DNA of 64,000 nt, from assembly GCA_045807285.1 (NCBI GenBank), contig JBJMHR010000029.1:81020-145019 (forward strand), in the 5' to 3' direction. Shown here one piece after another: positions 62,913 to 64,000 of the stretch (position 1 is its first letter; each line of letters opens with the position of its first letter). The notes beneath the pieces are model-generated. The model did not search any database. It worked only from the letters and a program-made list of their open reading frames with translations, and was not told the origin of the DNA. Source of the DNA: Actinomycetes bacterium. GTDB taxonomy: Bacteria > Actinomycetota > Actinomycetes > JAWWOW01. The position numbers and the translations under genes are program-made.

Positions 62913-64000
62913 ATGAGACTGCGCGAGGCGTTGTCCGGCAAGCGAATTCTGCTGACCGGCGTGACCGGCTTCCTGGGTGAAGCGCTTCTCGAGCGTTTGT
63001 TGTCCGACGTACCCGACACGCAACTCGTCCTGCTCATCCGCAGCCGGCCGTCCCAGACCGCCGACGATCGCGTCACTGAACTCCTCACGCGTCCCGCATT
63101 CCGCGCGCTGCGCGAGGTGCATGGCGAGGACGGCGTGGCGCGGATGCGCGCTGAACGCGTGACCGTCCTCGACGGCAGCCTTGAACTCGTCCCGGCGTTG
63201 CCCGCGGACCTCGACGTTGTCGTCCACTGCGCCGGCGACGTGTCCTTCGACCCGCCGATCGACGTAGCGATGGCCACGAACCTGCTCGGGACGGTCCGGC
63301 TGCTCGAGGCCGTGCACGCGGCCGGCGGCAACGCGCATTTCGTCTACGTGTCGACGGCCTACGTCGCCGGGCTGCGCCGCGGACCGGTGCCCGAATCCCG
63401 GCTGTTGCTCAACGTGGACTGGCGGACCGAGGTCGACGCGGCGGAACGCTTGCGTCACGACATCGAAGCCGCGTCGCGCACACCGGACGTCCTACGCAAG
63501 CTCCGGCGCGAGGCAGAGGTCGAGCACCGCCGAGCCGGGCCCTCCACCGTCTCCGCCGATGTCGAGGTACGCCGCCGCGACTGGGTGCAACGCGAGCTCG
63601 TCGATGCCGGGCGCGAGCGGGCCAGGTCGCTCGGCTTCGCCGATGTCTACACGTTGTCGAAGGCACTCACGGAATGCGCGGTCGAAGAGGCGGCCGCTGA
63701 CCTGCCGCTCACCGTCGTTCGGCCCTCGATCATCGAGAGCGCGCTGCGCCGGCCCTACCCGGGCTGGATCGAGGGCTTCAAGATGGCCGAGCCGATCATC
63801 CTCGCCTACGGACGCGGCGAGCTCCCGGAGTTCCCGGCCGTGCCCGATGGTGTTCTCGACGTCATCCCTGTCGACCTCGTGGTCGGCGCGATCCTGGCGG
63901 TTAGCGCGCAGGAGAGGAAGGCCGGAGCACCGGAGTACTTCCACGTCTCGTCCGGCGCGCGCAACGCGCTCGGCTTCCACCGGCTCTACGAGCTCGTCCG
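62913..64000 (+). CDS. Fatty acyl-CoA reductase-like / thioester reductase (NAD_binding_4 'male sterility' domain), 3'-truncated by window end
   Basis: Not in the track because it is open at the edge. ATG 62913. Translation MRLREALSGKRILLTGVTGFLGEALLERLL..., STAYVAG, and catalytic YTLSKALTE. 25 nt downstream of the GT4 gene. Confidence 0.75.
   Translation, partial: MRLREALSGKRILLTGVTGFLGEALLERLLSDVPDTQLVLLIRSRPSQTADDRVTELLTRPAFRALREVHGEDGVARMRAERVTVLDGSLELVPALPADLDVVVHCAGDVSFDPPIDVAMATNLLGTVRLLEAVHAAGGNAHFVYVSTAYVAGLRRGPVPESRLLLNVDWRTEVDAAERLRHDIEAASRTPDVLRKLRREAEVEHRRAGPSTVSADVEVRRRDWVQRELVDAGRERARSLGFADVYTLSKALTECAVEEAAADLPLTVVRPSIIESALRRPYPGWIEGFKMAEPIILAYGRGELPEFPAVPDGVLDVIPVDLVVGAILAVSAQERKAGAPEYFHVSSGARNALGFHRLYELV

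Noticed and set aside
61619-63331. 570-aa minus-strand ORF, one of the longest in the track
   Set aside because: It is antisense to the GT4 glucosyltransferase and the FAR-like gene, both of which have clear family motifs on the plus strand. Its translation is Arg/Ala/Ser/Gly-rich with no recognisable motif, which is the typical shadow ORF of high-GC DNA.

Overview
High-G+C actinobacterial chromosome segment, almost fully coding, with about 60 genes, mostly on the minus strand. I found no rRNA, CRISPR array, transposase or phage gene.

Gene order follows, from my memory of the M. tuberculosis Rv2982c-Rv3032 region (not searched), the conserved actinobacterial core block: gpsA, plsC-like, fbiD, hupB, leuDC, IclR regulator, gltX plus tRNA-Gln/tRNA-Glu, FAH hydrolase, leuB, serA, ilvBNC, gatCAB, ligA, mnmA, cysteine desulfurase, etfBA, then a methyltransferase/GH57/GT4 glucan cluster. 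Branched-chain amino acid genes are unusually concentrated (leuCD, cimA, ilvE, leuB, leuA, ilvBNC).

Observations worth a second look:
1. A co-directional three-gene unit at 13867-17357: two-domain fatty acyl-CoA reductase, PAPS-type sulfotransferase, CoA-type Nudix hydrolase. I read it as a candidate long-chain alkyl-sulfate (sulfated fatty alcohol) pathway. This is inference only.
2. Three short leader ORFs whose codon runs match the downstream pathway: IIII before cimA, LVVI before ilvB, LLLI before leuA. The cimA and ilvB leaders are each followed by a hairpin plus U-run attenuator, and these two hairpin modules are near-identical. The leuA leader is followed by a Shine-Dalgarno-sequestering alternative helix.
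3. A 22-bp hairpin plus 15-nt tandem repeat inserted between ilvB and ilvN.
4. Two apparent single-nucleotide frameshifts: a GNAT gene, and an HNH-type zinc-ribbon fragment next to tRNA-Glu.
5. Four convergent gene pairs that end on overlapping stop codons, three of them on the palindrome CTAG.
6. A signal-less HiPIP-like 4-Cys miniprotein.
7. A zinc-ribbon/adenylate cyclase/STAND-ATPase/TPR giant with no output domain.
8. A second FAR-like reductase appended to the glucan cluster.

The many long alternate-frame or antisense ORFs in the track are typical high-GC artefacts and were rejected. All calls rest on reading the translations and the DNA by eye. Start codons are best guesses, and no database search or folding computation was run.
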